A stretch of 25,843 bases of DNA from a virus (IMGVR_UViG_3300027808_000147:1-25843), one strand, 5' to 3'. Positions 16,809 through 24,877 are shown, counted from the stretch's first letter. Translations and numbers: made by a program. Notes: generated from the letters alone by a model not told the origin.

Positions 16809-17786
16809 TTAGGCTAGGCCGCCATATTCTGCTGAATAATTTGGTTCTGGTTGGCTTGCGCCTGGATTCATTCCAGCATCTCTAGCTTTAAATTGTGCTT
16901 GTTTATTAAGCCAGCCTTGGTGTCCTCTGACTGTGCCAACTGTACTGCCTGTGTAGTTATCTAATAGATAACCTTTATCATCTTGCCAAAGGCCATCTGG
17001 TCTCTTGGTTACATTACGACCTTGGGTCCATGCTGGTTGATTAATATTATTCATTGCGTTTCCTTGTGGGGTTGTACTACCTGGCGCAAAGCTAGGAGTG
17101 TATTGATTTGGCGCTTTGGCTGGTGCTGGATTACTATCATTATATTCTGGAGGCAAACCAGCCTCAGCCCTGGCTTCGTTGTAGCCTGGATCACTTGGTG
17201 AGCCAAAATCAACGCCAAAAGTGCCACCAATTCGTGCTTCAGGGATAGCAAGGCCACCATATGGGTCACCTGGATAATAGCCTTCATTACCTGAATCTTC
17301 ATTTCCAAGTTCTTCTTGTGGAGGTGGCAGGCCAAAGCCTTTGCTTACACCTGGTGGCAATGGTTGACCAGGCTGTGGCTGGTTACCAGGCAAACGATTG
17401 TTAAAGAGATTATTAATTGAATTATTGATTGGTGCGCCTGAGCCTGGTATTGCCGTTTCCATGAAATTTCCAAAGTCATTACCAAGCCTACCACCTATAT
17501 TACCTATCATACCTGACTTGCCACCTGGCATACCTGGACTTGGCATAGGTGTTGGTCCAAAGCCTGGAGCAGGTGCATTATCGTATAGTTGTGTTTGATC
17601 TACAGGCGCGGCCGTTGATTGACGATTGGCATATGGACTCCAAGGAGTTGTGCCACCGTTGCCATACGCTGGTGTGGCAGGTGGAATGTATTCGCCGTAA
17701 GCACGCTCTCCTGGAAAACGATAGCGTGTATCAGTAATCTGTCCAGGGCCACCGCCACCGCTTTTGCCGCCGCCTGCCGCGCTCAT
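16809..17786 (-). CDS. Pro/Gly-rich, probably disordered protein, 325 aa
   Basis: ORF track; TAATG overlap with the upstream gene; two GGKS motifs. Confidence 0.8.
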   Translation of the reverse strand: MSAAGGGKSGGGGPGQITDTRYRFPGERAYGEYIPPATPAYGNGGTTPWSPYANRQSTAAPVDQTQLYDNAPAPGFGPTPMPSPGMPGGKSGMIGNIGGRLGNDFGNFMETAIPGSGAPINNSINNLFNNRLPGNQPQPGQPLPPGVSKGFGLPPPQEELGNEDSGNEGYYPGDPYGGLAIPEARIGGTFGVDFGSPSDPGYNEARAEAGLPPEYNDSNPAPAKAPNQYTPSFAPGSTTPQGNAMNNINQPAWTQGRNVTKRPDGLWQDDKGYLLDNYTGSTVGTVRGHQGWLNKQAQFKARDAGMNPGASQPEPNYSAEYGGLA

Positions 17787-18076
17787 TATTTTTTATACTT
17801 TGAAGGCAACTTGCTGCCGTCAGCTGTGCTGTTCTTCTTAGGACCTGTGTTGGTATTCATGCTGACACCTTCTAGTGCTGGATCTATTTTGCCTGCTGTA
17901 CCGCGACCACGCATTTCAAGTGCGTCAGTGACCATTTTGGCCAGGGTTGACTTCTCACCTGAACTTGTGCTCTTGGCTGTTTTGAAAGCATCGTACTTTG
18001 TAGCAGTGCCAGCGTTGCCTGTAGTAGGGCCACGCTTTTGATTGATGGCTTTGCCGCCTTGTGGATTAGTAGACAT
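17786..18076 (-). CDS. Basic low-complexity protein, 96 aa, with an INQKRGPTTGN motif
   Basis: ORF track; SD AAAGGA; TAATG overlaps on both sides. Confidence 0.8.
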   Translation of the reverse strand: MSTNPQGGKAINQKRGPTTGNAGTATKYDAFKTAKSTSSGEKSTLAKMVTDALEMRGRGTAGKIDPALEGVSMNTNTGPKKNSTADGSKLPSKYKK

Positions 18077-18465
18077 TATCGTTGATTTCCTTTAGTTGGG
18101 CCACGACCTACATTGATCTTGTTTTCGTCGCCTTTGTAATTCTTTGTTGCACTGGGCATCCATGCTCTTGTGCCATCAAAGCGACCGCCACCTGATTCGC
18201 GAACTTGTGCTCCACGATTGATGTTGTCACGCACACTACCTTGTTTTGGTAAAGCGGGCACTACTCTAGCATCTGGATATGTGCTGTCATCACTGCTCTT
18301 GTTGCCAACTGTAGGGCCACGGCCTTTGTTGATCAAGGCATCTGGGTTGCCTGTTTGGTTCATGTTGCCACAGTATTTTGTTGAGAATTTATCAAAGCCT
18401 GGGTTGCTTGTGCCTGTGGCCGCATTGTAACCTGGAACGGCTCGTTGACTGCTTGCTTCTTTCAT
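18076..18465 (-). CDS. Basic Gly/Asn-rich protein, 129 aa, with two IN.GRGPT.GN motifs
   Basis: ORF track; SD AAAGGA. Confidence 0.8.
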   Translation of the reverse strand: MKEASSQRAVPGYNAATGTSNPGFDKFSTKYCGNMNQTGNPDALINKGRGPTVGNKSSDDSTYPDARVVPALPKQGSVRDNINRGAQVRESGGGRFDGTRAWMPSATKNYKGDENKINVGRGPTKGNQR

Positions 18466-18497
18466 TTTAATTTTCCTTTTGATTTGCTTGTTGGCAT
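18462..18497 (-). CDS. Possible leaderless 11-aa upstream ORF MPTSKSKGKLK
   Basis: TAAATA-N5-ATG at 18497; its TGA overlaps the ATG at 18465 (ATGA). Confidence 0.35.
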   Translation of the reverse strand: MPTSKSKGKLK

Positions 18498-18501
18498 AGC
18501 G

Positions 18502-18870
18502 TTATTTAGTGTCTGCGCTTACGCCCACCAACTTAGCCAATGCTTCAGCAAAAGCCGCCTGCTTGGCTTCAATAGCATCTTTGCTATCTGTCACTTCAAT
18601 TCTAGCAAGGCTATTCATAACCTTGTTAAGAATCAAATTATGATACTTTAGAGTTAAATTAGTATCGCTGTTGTTTCTTGCTTGTAAGAAATCTTCTATT
18701 AAAAGATCTTCATAATCACGACCACCTGATTGGCGATCCAGTGTTTCCAACAAGTTCTTAATGCTTACTTGATCTCTACTGCCCTTTGGACGGCCAGCCC
18801 CTTTACGAAGCCCACCTCGTCCACCGTTGGGTGCGTCTTTTTGTTTGTTCTTTTCTGTTGTCTTTTCCAT
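18502..18870 (-). CDS. Probable terminase small subunit-like DNA-binding protein, 122 aa (start revised to MEKTTEK)
   Basis: GGLRKGAGRPKGS motif common in TerS-like proteins; helical remainder; TAAATA-N5-ATG at 18870. Confidence 0.6.
   Translation of the reverse strand: MEKTTEKNKQKDAPNGGRGGLRKGAGRPKGSRDQVSIKNLLETLDRQSGGRDYEDLLIEDFLQARNNSDTNLTLKYHNLILNKVMNSLARIEVTDSKDAIEAKQAAFAEALAKLVGVSADTK
18503..18509 (-). promoter_or_regulatory. Putative late promoter CTAAATA overlapping the terS-like stop codon
   Basis: caCTAAATAacgctATG. Confidence 0.6.
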
Positions 18871-18875
18871 ATTTT

Positions 18876-18908
18876 TATTTAGCATGGTTAAGTCTCAACG
18901 CTTAAATA
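18876..18908. promoter_or_regulatory. Back-to-back divergent late-type promoters: CTAAATA (minus, 18876-18882) and TAAATA (plus, 18903-18908)
   Basis: Both motifs lie in a 59-bp divergent intergenic gap, each oriented toward its gene. Confidence 0.75.
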
Positions 18909-18929
18909 CAGTACTTGAAAGGAATTGAA

Positions 18930-19427
18930 ATGATCACATATAATTGGGCGCTGGCCACTGGCGCAGATGTAAATGAAATAGTTGCATTAGCACAACAGCA
19001 CTTTGAGTCAGAGATTGATAAGATCTTTACTCCAGAAGTGCCTACTATGAGCCGTAATCTAATCTTTGCTGTTACCAATCAGTTTTATCTACCTGGCTCT
19101 GTATTGGTTACTGTGTGCAGAGATGCAGAAACTGGTCATGTTATAGCTTATACCTGGGCCAAGAGCAATGAACGCGGTGTATGGAGTGATGATCCCCTGG
19201 TCAGTGTGTTGATGGCGCATGTGGATATGACATTGAGTGCAAGACTGCGTATTAAACTGCTGAAAGAAATGATGGATCAATGGGAACAGTATGCTCGCTA
19301 CTGTAAAAATAATATTATTTGCAGTACTACAATGCGACATGATCAAGACGCATTCTTAAAACTACACAAAAAGAATGGATATGATGTTAGAGGATCATAC
19401 GCTTATAAAAAGTTGAACGCTGAATAA
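18930..19427 (+). CDS. GNAT-fold acetyltransferase-like protein, 165 aa (start ATG 18930)
   Basis: WALATGADVNEIVALA (R.AT..D..I-type start), VIAYTWA strand, AFLKLHKKNGY ending; SD AAAGGA; acetyl-CoA loop degenerate. Confidence 0.65.
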   Translation: MITYNWALATGADVNEIVALAQQHFESEIDKIFTPEVPTMSRNLIFAVTNQFYLPGSVLVTVCRDAETGHVIAYTWAKSNERGVWSDDPLVSVLMAHVDMTLSARLRIKLLKEMMDQWEQYARYCKNNIICSTTMRHDQDAFLKLHKKNGYDVRGSYAYKKLNAE

Positions 19428-19503
19428 GCTCGCCTGCCAATCCGTTGATGCCTGAGTTAGAAAGTTCCAAAATCCCTCAGTTCTTAATAGCGTTCTTGGG
19501 AAC

Positions 19504-19935
19504 TTAACCCAGTGTGGAATCTAACATCCAAATTGACTTGTCTAAATCAAGCACTTGTTCTTGTGCGTAGTTGGCAATTTGGCTTTGTTCTTCTTCTTCT
19601 GCAATCACAATCAGTTCACGATATTCATTACATAAGAATTCCAAATCTTCTTTGATGCATTCCAACAGGAAGTCAGCATCACCTTCTAATACATCTGTGC
19701 CAATTTGACTGTCTGCAATGACTTCACTTAGATCACATGGCATGTATTCTTTTAATGTGCGTAGCAGTTCACCCAGGACATCAATCTGTGCTTGTCTGCG
19801 TTCATACACACCTTGTAGTAACTTGTGGTCACTGCGAAAGTTGCGTCCAGTGATGTTGGCATGTGCCACATGACTGCGATAGTATGCAACAAAGTTATCT
19901 TTGAAAATTTGGGTTAGTTGTTCAGCTGTTGTCAT
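19504..19935 (-). CDS. dps: Dps / ferritin-like protein
   Basis: HVAHANITGRNFRSDHKLLQGVYE...IDVLGELLRTL matches the Dps H.N..G..F...H...Y...D..AE signature; ends KSIWML; 143 aa. Confidence 0.85.
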   Translation of the reverse strand: MTTAEQLTQIFKDNFVAYYRSHVAHANITGRNFRSDHKLLQGVYERRQAQIDVLGELLRTLKEYMPCDLSEVIADSQIGTDVLEGDADFLLECIKEDLEFLCNEYRELIVIAEEEEQSQIANYAQEQVLDLDKSIWMLDSTLG

Positions 19936-19940
19936 GTGTA

Positions 19941-19946
19941 TACTTA
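19941..19946 (-). promoter_or_regulatory. Putative late promoter variant TAAGTA, 5 nt before the dps ATG
   Basis: gTAAGTAtacacATG; no SD. Confidence 0.6.
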
Positions 19947-20753
19947 CCTACGAAACTGTGGCGGTGCCATCTGCTGATCATACACAGCAGGATTGGCTTC
20001 GTACTGTGCAATTTGTTCTCTAGTCCATGGTGCGCGAGTCAATGGATTGATTTCCATACCCTTCATACGACCAACTGTTGGAACTGGAGGACCTAAGTCT
20101 CGTGATTCTAGTGCAAGTGCGGCTGGTCCAAGCACTCTGCTTGCTACACGACCAGCCGTACCTAACACTTCACCCATGCTAGGCATTAGTCCTGTGATGC
20201 GACTTGCGGCTACTTGTTTAACTCTATTGGCAAGACCTTGTTCTGCGGCCTGTGCCACTGGAGCGGGAGGTGGTGCTACTGGTGCCACTGGTGCTGTGGG
20301 CACACCTGCTGTTGCTGTTGGAACTACTGGACGAACTTGTTGACCAGCACGGGCGGCACGCTCTGCCATTCTTGCTTCTTGTAGGGCCACATTGCGTTGT
20401 GCAATGTCAGCGGCTGTGGAAGCGCCTGTCTTATAAGCATCAGCGGCTGTTTTTATTGCACCTACTAGTTTACCACCACCAAGTAGGGCGGCGCCTCCAG
20501 CAATATATGGAGCGGCTGATACAATGCCACTGCCCACAGCCGCGGCCGCTTGTCCCATTGAAGGCATGATAGTTTCTTCTTGTACTGCGTATTGTGGAAC
20601 CTTCTCATCAGCAATAATTGGTTGTGTAGCATCTACTTGTGCTGGGTCTACTGCGGCTGGCTGTCCTGCACGATTCTTTTGATCATTTATATACGCTTGT
20701 ATATCAGCATCATTAAATCCAGCCGCTTTTAGTTTGTTAATTTCATCTGTCAT
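19944..20753 (-). CDS. Ala/Pro/Gln-rich putative internal virion (ejection) protein, 269 aa
   Basis: N-terminal LKAAGFNDADIQAYI helix-turn motif; Gly/Ala hydrophobic stretch; follows the transglycosylase protein. Confidence 0.55.
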   Translation of the reverse strand: MTDEINKLKAAGFNDADIQAYINDQKNRAGQPAAVDPAQVDATQPIIADEKVPQYAVQEETIMPSMGQAAAAVGSGIVSAAPYIAGGAALLGGGKLVGAIKTAADAYKTGASTAADIAQRNVALQEARMAERAARAGQQVRPVVPTATAGVPTAPVAPVAPPPAPVAQAAEQGLANRVKQVAASRITGLMPSMGEVLGTAGRVASRVLGPAALALESRDLGPPVPTVGRMKGMEINPLTRAPWTREQIAQYEANPAVYDQQMAPPQFRR

Positions 20754-20763
20754 AATTGCTTCC

Positions 20764-23700
20764 TTATCTTACAGCGGCTCGCATGGCCGCTAATTTAGAT
20801 TGTAGTGTTGGGTAATCCCAAGAACCAGTTTGCATATTATAATTGGGTGTAGGATACACAGTAAAACTATGAATGGATGCATCTCTATAGAAGCCTTGCG
20901 TGGTATCACCAGGCAGTTTGCGCCAATCTCTACCAAATTTCTCTACCATATTACTTTCAATAGAGTTAAGTCGTTCTTTGTAGATGCCTTCGTATTGTTT
21001 GACCATTTTATCTTTCTCTTTGCCCCAGGCTTGATTGAGTGCTGTTTCTGTTTTAAAGTTATTCTTGGCCGCAAAATCAGCTTTCTGTTTGTTTATGTCG
21101 CCAGCAAACTGACTTCTTGACAATCCATTGAGTGCTGAGTATGCTGGTAAGTCACCAATGTTACCCATGTTGGCTTCTCTGTTCATACGCATATCAGCAT
21201 CAGACTTAGGACCTTCACCAGCATTGACTGCCAGTGTCTTAGAATCAATGTCTCTGTTCATCTGCTGGAATGATTTGATTGCTGCCAAGTCTTGATCTTT
21301 AATTCTCAAGTTCATCAACGCTTCAGCAAACTTGCCTTCACCATCTTTACCACTGTAGGTTCCACCTATGATATCAGCAATGATTGTTTTGGCCTTGTTA
21401 TATTCAGAACCACTGTTACGATAGATGCCCATGATAGCACTATCTGGTCCAGTAAGCATGGCCAATTGTGTTCTGCGTGTGTCAGCAATGTAACGACCAT
21501 CCTCACCACGCCTGTTAACTTCAGGCATTGTCTTGTTGACAAACTGTTCTCTTTCAGCTTGTGTAACTGCTTGTTCAGTTTTAGCGCCTGATGTAATCTG
21601 TGCTGGTGTTTGACCAGCTACAGCAGGCGCAGTAGTTGTTGCACCTGCTGGTTGTGCTTGTTGTGCTGGGGCCACACCTGGAGTGCCAGACTGTGTAGTT
21701 GTGATAACACCACCTGCACCAACTTGTACTGGCTTGCCTGTGTTCAAGTCAACTAGAGGAGCACCAGGTTGTTGCGATTGATATCCAATGTTTGTACCAT
21801 TCTGGAAGTTGAACTCACCTGCGGCTTTGGCACCTGCTTCAGTATAACTTGTAGGTCCTGCATAGCGTAGTTTGATAGCACTGGCTGTTTCTGCTTTTTC
21901 TGCGGCAACAGCAATACTGGTTGCTTTCCACTTGCCATCATAATCAAAATACTTGCCACCTGACTCAACTCGCGTAGTAGGCTTGTTGTTACGGTCATAT
22001 GTTGTAACAACACGACCTTTTACTACTTTACCATCAATGGTTGCTTCAACATCCTGCATTGACACATCTGGCTTGGCTATTTTAGTACCACCAGACGCAA
22101 AAGCAATTGCTTGAGTGGCATTTAATTCTGTACCATCAGCTCTGAGTCCACCTGTTACTTTACCTTGGCTGTCATAATCCACTTGTATTTTATTACCAGC
22201 ATCATCTGTTTCAACTACGCTCTTACCACCAGTGCCCATGGCCTGGTCAAATAACTTGTCAGCTTGTGCATTGGCACCCATCAAGCGCATCATGGTTGAT
22301 TGCCAAATTAAATCAAACTGTGACATAGGCTTTTTGGCCAAGTCTTTGGCAATACCTTTTGTATCACCAGTTTCTATTTGTTCTTTTACTTTTTTCTCTA
22401 CTTCTGTTGTTGTTTTTTCTGTTTGTAAAAAGTCTGCAAGTCTGCCAGCGGCACGCTCACGAAATGCTTTTGGCACAGTATCATCATTACGCAATGCAAA
22501 CAATCCAATTGGATCATCTTGTACTGCTTGGTAACGATCAATTGCTGTAGCCGCTGAAGGTTGTCCTGGTGGGGGTGGTGTAACACCAGGAGCTCGTAGT
22601 CCTTGACCTGTAAAGGCATTTGGATCAACTGGTGCAGGCGGTGCTGGTGGTTGTTGGCCACCTGTGATATCTACATTGGCAACTGGATTAGTTCCTGTAC
22701 CTGGAGTAATCACAGCATTGGGATTTGGATCACCAAATGCTGGCGGTGCCACAGGTGCCGCGCCTGTGATATCTACATTGGCAATTGGGTTAGTTCCTGT
22801 GCCAGGAGTAATCACAGCATTGGGATTTGGATCGCGATTGTCACCTGGCTCCATTGGAGGTGCCAATGATCTTGTTTGAGCTCTACCAGGCTGTCCTGGA
22901 CCAAATATTTTTTGTAGATAGTTCTTTGTTTCAGTTGGCAGGTAATCTTTCCAATCACCGCCTCTGGTTTCAGCTTGTTTGACGGCTTGGTTAACACGAC
23001 CAGCGCCAGCATTGTAAGAAGCAGTGGCTTTTTCCTTGTCACCACCAAAATACTTCAACATGCCTTCATTGTATTCGCCACCCATTGCCAGGTTCAAGTC
23101 TTTGTTTGCCAACAATTCTTTTGCACTTGCTTCACTGCGATCAGCGAATGGTACGCCGCGTTCTTTGGCCAGTGTAAAAATGTCTTTGATTCCAAAGCCA
23201 GGTTGCATAGCAGTTTTGGGCATGACTTGTGCAATGCCCAGTGCGCCTTTAGGGCTTGTTATAACTTGACCAGTCTTAGGATCAATGTGATTGCCACCTG
23301 ACTCAGCCATGATCTGCGGTGTTGGCATTTTGCCATATGGAGAAGCAGTTTCAGGAGCAGGAGCAGGCTGCTGGCGTTGTTGTGCGGCGCCTGCGCCTGG
23401 TACTAGTTGTTGATATCTTTCACCTGTTTCTGGATTGATAGCAGTTTGTGTTGCAGGTGCTTGAGCAGGTGCTTGTCCAAACACTGGCTTTAATCCGTAT
23501 GCTTGAGCACCTTCATTTAGATACTGCTGATAATAAGGAATTTCTTGTTTTTCTTGTTTGGCAGGAACTTCTTGTGTGGTCTTTCTAGTCTGACTGCCAT
23601 CAGCGTAGGTCACTACTTCATGTTTTTGCTCAACAGTATCGCTGGGTGGTTTTACAGGGCCACCTTCACTGACTGGATATGTTATTGCGCCACTGGGTTG

Positions 23701-23871
23701 TAGGCCTGCTGGCATTTCAATGCCTGCACCTGGATTGGCCAATGCGGCCAGTCGTGCTTCTTCTTCGCGTCTTTTGCGTTCTTCTTCTTCAGCGGCCAAG
23801 CGTTGAACTTCGTAAGGATCTACTGGACCTGCGCCATAGCCGCTGTAATCACCCATTTCATTGTATGCCAT
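20764..23871 (-). CDS. Internal virion/ejection protein with a lytic transglycosylase (SLT) domain, 1035 aa
   Basis: MAESGG catalytic Glu, SPKGALGIAQVMPKTA, ASYNAGAGRV and LPTETKNY at about 22900-23315. Confidence 0.9.
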   Translation of the reverse strand: MAYNEMGDYSGYGAGPVDPYEVQRLAAEEEERKRREEEARLAALANPGAGIEMPAGLQPSGAITYPVSEGGPVKPPSDTVEQKHEVVTYADGSQTRKTTQEVPAKQEKQEIPYYQQYLNEGAQAYGLKPVFGQAPAQAPATQTAINPETGERYQQLVPGAGAAQQRQQPAPAPETASPYGKMPTPQIMAESGGNHIDPKTGQVITSPKGALGIAQVMPKTAMQPGFGIKDIFTLAKERGVPFADRSEASAKELLANKDLNLAMGGEYNEGMLKYFGGDKEKATASYNAGAGRVNQAVKQAETRGGDWKDYLPTETKNYLQKIFGPGQPGRAQTRSLAPPMEPGDNRDPNPNAVITPGTGTNPIANVDITGAAPVAPPAFGDPNPNAVITPGTGTNPVANVDITGGQQPPAPPAPVDPNAFTGQGLRAPGVTPPPPGQPSAATAIDRYQAVQDDPIGLFALRNDDTVPKAFRERAAGRLADFLQTEKTTTEVEKKVKEQIETGDTKGIAKDLAKKPMSQFDLIWQSTMMRLMGANAQADKLFDQAMGTGGKSVVETDDAGNKIQVDYDSQGKVTGGLRADGTELNATQAIAFASGGTKIAKPDVSMQDVEATIDGKVVKGRVVTTYDRNNKPTTRVESGGKYFDYDGKWKATSIAVAAEKAETASAIKLRYAGPTSYTEAGAKAAGEFNFQNGTNIGYQSQQPGAPLVDLNTGKPVQVGAGGVITTTQSGTPGVAPAQQAQPAGATTTAPAVAGQTPAQITSGAKTEQAVTQAEREQFVNKTMPEVNRRGEDGRYIADTRRTQLAMLTGPDSAIMGIYRNSGSEYNKAKTIIADIIGGTYSGKDGEGKFAEALMNLRIKDQDLAAIKSFQQMNRDIDSKTLAVNAGEGPKSDADMRMNREANMGNIGDLPAYSALNGLSRSQFAGDINKQKADFAAKNNFKTETALNQAWGKEKDKMVKQYEGIYKERLNSIESNMVEKFGRDWRKLPGDTTQGFYRDASIHSFTVYPTPNYNMQTGSWDYPTLQSKLAAMRAAVR
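22661..22833. repeat. Two 71-bp direct repeats (22661-22731, 22763-22833) encoding DPNPNAVITPGTGTNP(I/V)ANVDITG
   Basis: Visible in both DNA and protein; 102-bp period. Confidence 0.9.
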
Positions 23872-23880
23872 GTTTTATCC

Positions 23881-24846
23881 TTAATGTAACACAGGTAGTT
23901 TAGCGTAGTCTACTTGATAGAATCCTGATTCATGCACACTAACAGCATCAGCATAACGAGCATCAGCTAGCAAGTCTTGCGCCATAGCACCTTGTGTTGG
24001 AGTCTTGTCCCAAACATAATTGAATGAGTAAACACGGATGCCATCAACATCACGAATGTGACGGATATTTTCTTTGACTCTACGGTCACTCATTTTTGCG
24101 GCACCACCAATTAAACTGCCCAATGCGCCAATGCCTTGTCCAGTGATGCTTGAGCTTTCACCAGTTGTTCTAGTATTCTGTGTGCCACGGAAGTCAGGAT
24201 TGTAACTTGCACTAGGTGTACCAAAGATTACACTGGCGTATTGATTGTACAACTGTTGTGGAACCATGCTGGCTGAAACTGCATTGCCTGCGGCTCCCAG
24301 TGATTGTCCAATACCACCTTGTCCAAGCTGTGCCAATTGATTGGCAACACCAGCTCGTTGACCAGCAATTTGTTGTTGTATGTTTGCGGCCGCTTGCATC
24401 TGTGCGGCCTGTGTTGAACCTGCCAGTTGACGACCAGCCAATGCGGCTCTGGAACTGCCCATTTGTCCTGCACCACCAAAGTTTGCATCCTGAGCTGCCA
24501 CATTCTGTGCGTATTGTGCCTGTGCTGGCATCAGTGCGGCTTGTATTTGTGTGCGTTCGTAATCTGGACTGAATAAACTTTGTAAGCCACTGATACCTGT
24601 ACGCAATGCGCTTTCACCAGTGCCGCCCAGGCTTTCCTGAGCTTGTCTTGCTACCTTGGCTTGATTCTCTGCCGCGACACCAACACCTCCAGCATTTGTA
24701 TTGTACAGCTGAGTTGCACCTTTGACCGCTTCATTGTATGTGGGTGCAATTGTGTCAGTGAAGAACTTGGTCTGAGCCGCAATTTGCGCTCGTTGTTCTG
24801 GACTTAATTCTACTTGCGATGTAGATCCGCTACTCCCTTTACTCAT
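23881..24846 (-). CDS. Gln/Ala/Gly-rich ejection-type protein with a C-terminal peptidase S74 (intramolecular chaperone) domain
   Basis: MSDRRVKENI Ser-Lys dyad motif, VYSFNY, GAMAQDL, VDYAKL. Confidence 0.8.
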   Translation of the reverse strand: MSKGSSGSTSQVELSPEQRAQIAAQTKFFTDTIAPTYNEAVKGATQLYNTNAGGVGVAAENQAKVARQAQESLGGTGESALRTGISGLQSLFSPDYERTQIQAALMPAQAQYAQNVAAQDANFGGAGQMGSSRAALAGRQLAGSTQAAQMQAAANIQQQIAGQRAGVANQLAQLGQGGIGQSLGAAGNAVSASMVPQQLYNQYASVIFGTPSASYNPDFRGTQNTRTTGESSSITGQGIGALGSLIGGAAKMSDRRVKENIRHIRDVDGIRVYSFNYVWDKTPTQGAMAQDLLADARYADAVSVHESGFYQVDYAKLPVLH

Positions 24847-24870
24847 AATAGTATTTCCTTATTCTATTGT

Positions 24871-24877
24871 TATTTAG
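24871..24877 (-). promoter_or_regulatory. Putative late promoter CTAAATA for the ejection-protein operon
   Basis: Intergenic caCTAAATAac, upstream of a TAAGGA SD. Confidence 0.7.

Noticed and set aside
19440-19485. Possible hammerhead ribozyme (CTGAG...GAAA)
   Set aside because: Does not match the CUGANGA core and lacks the three required stems
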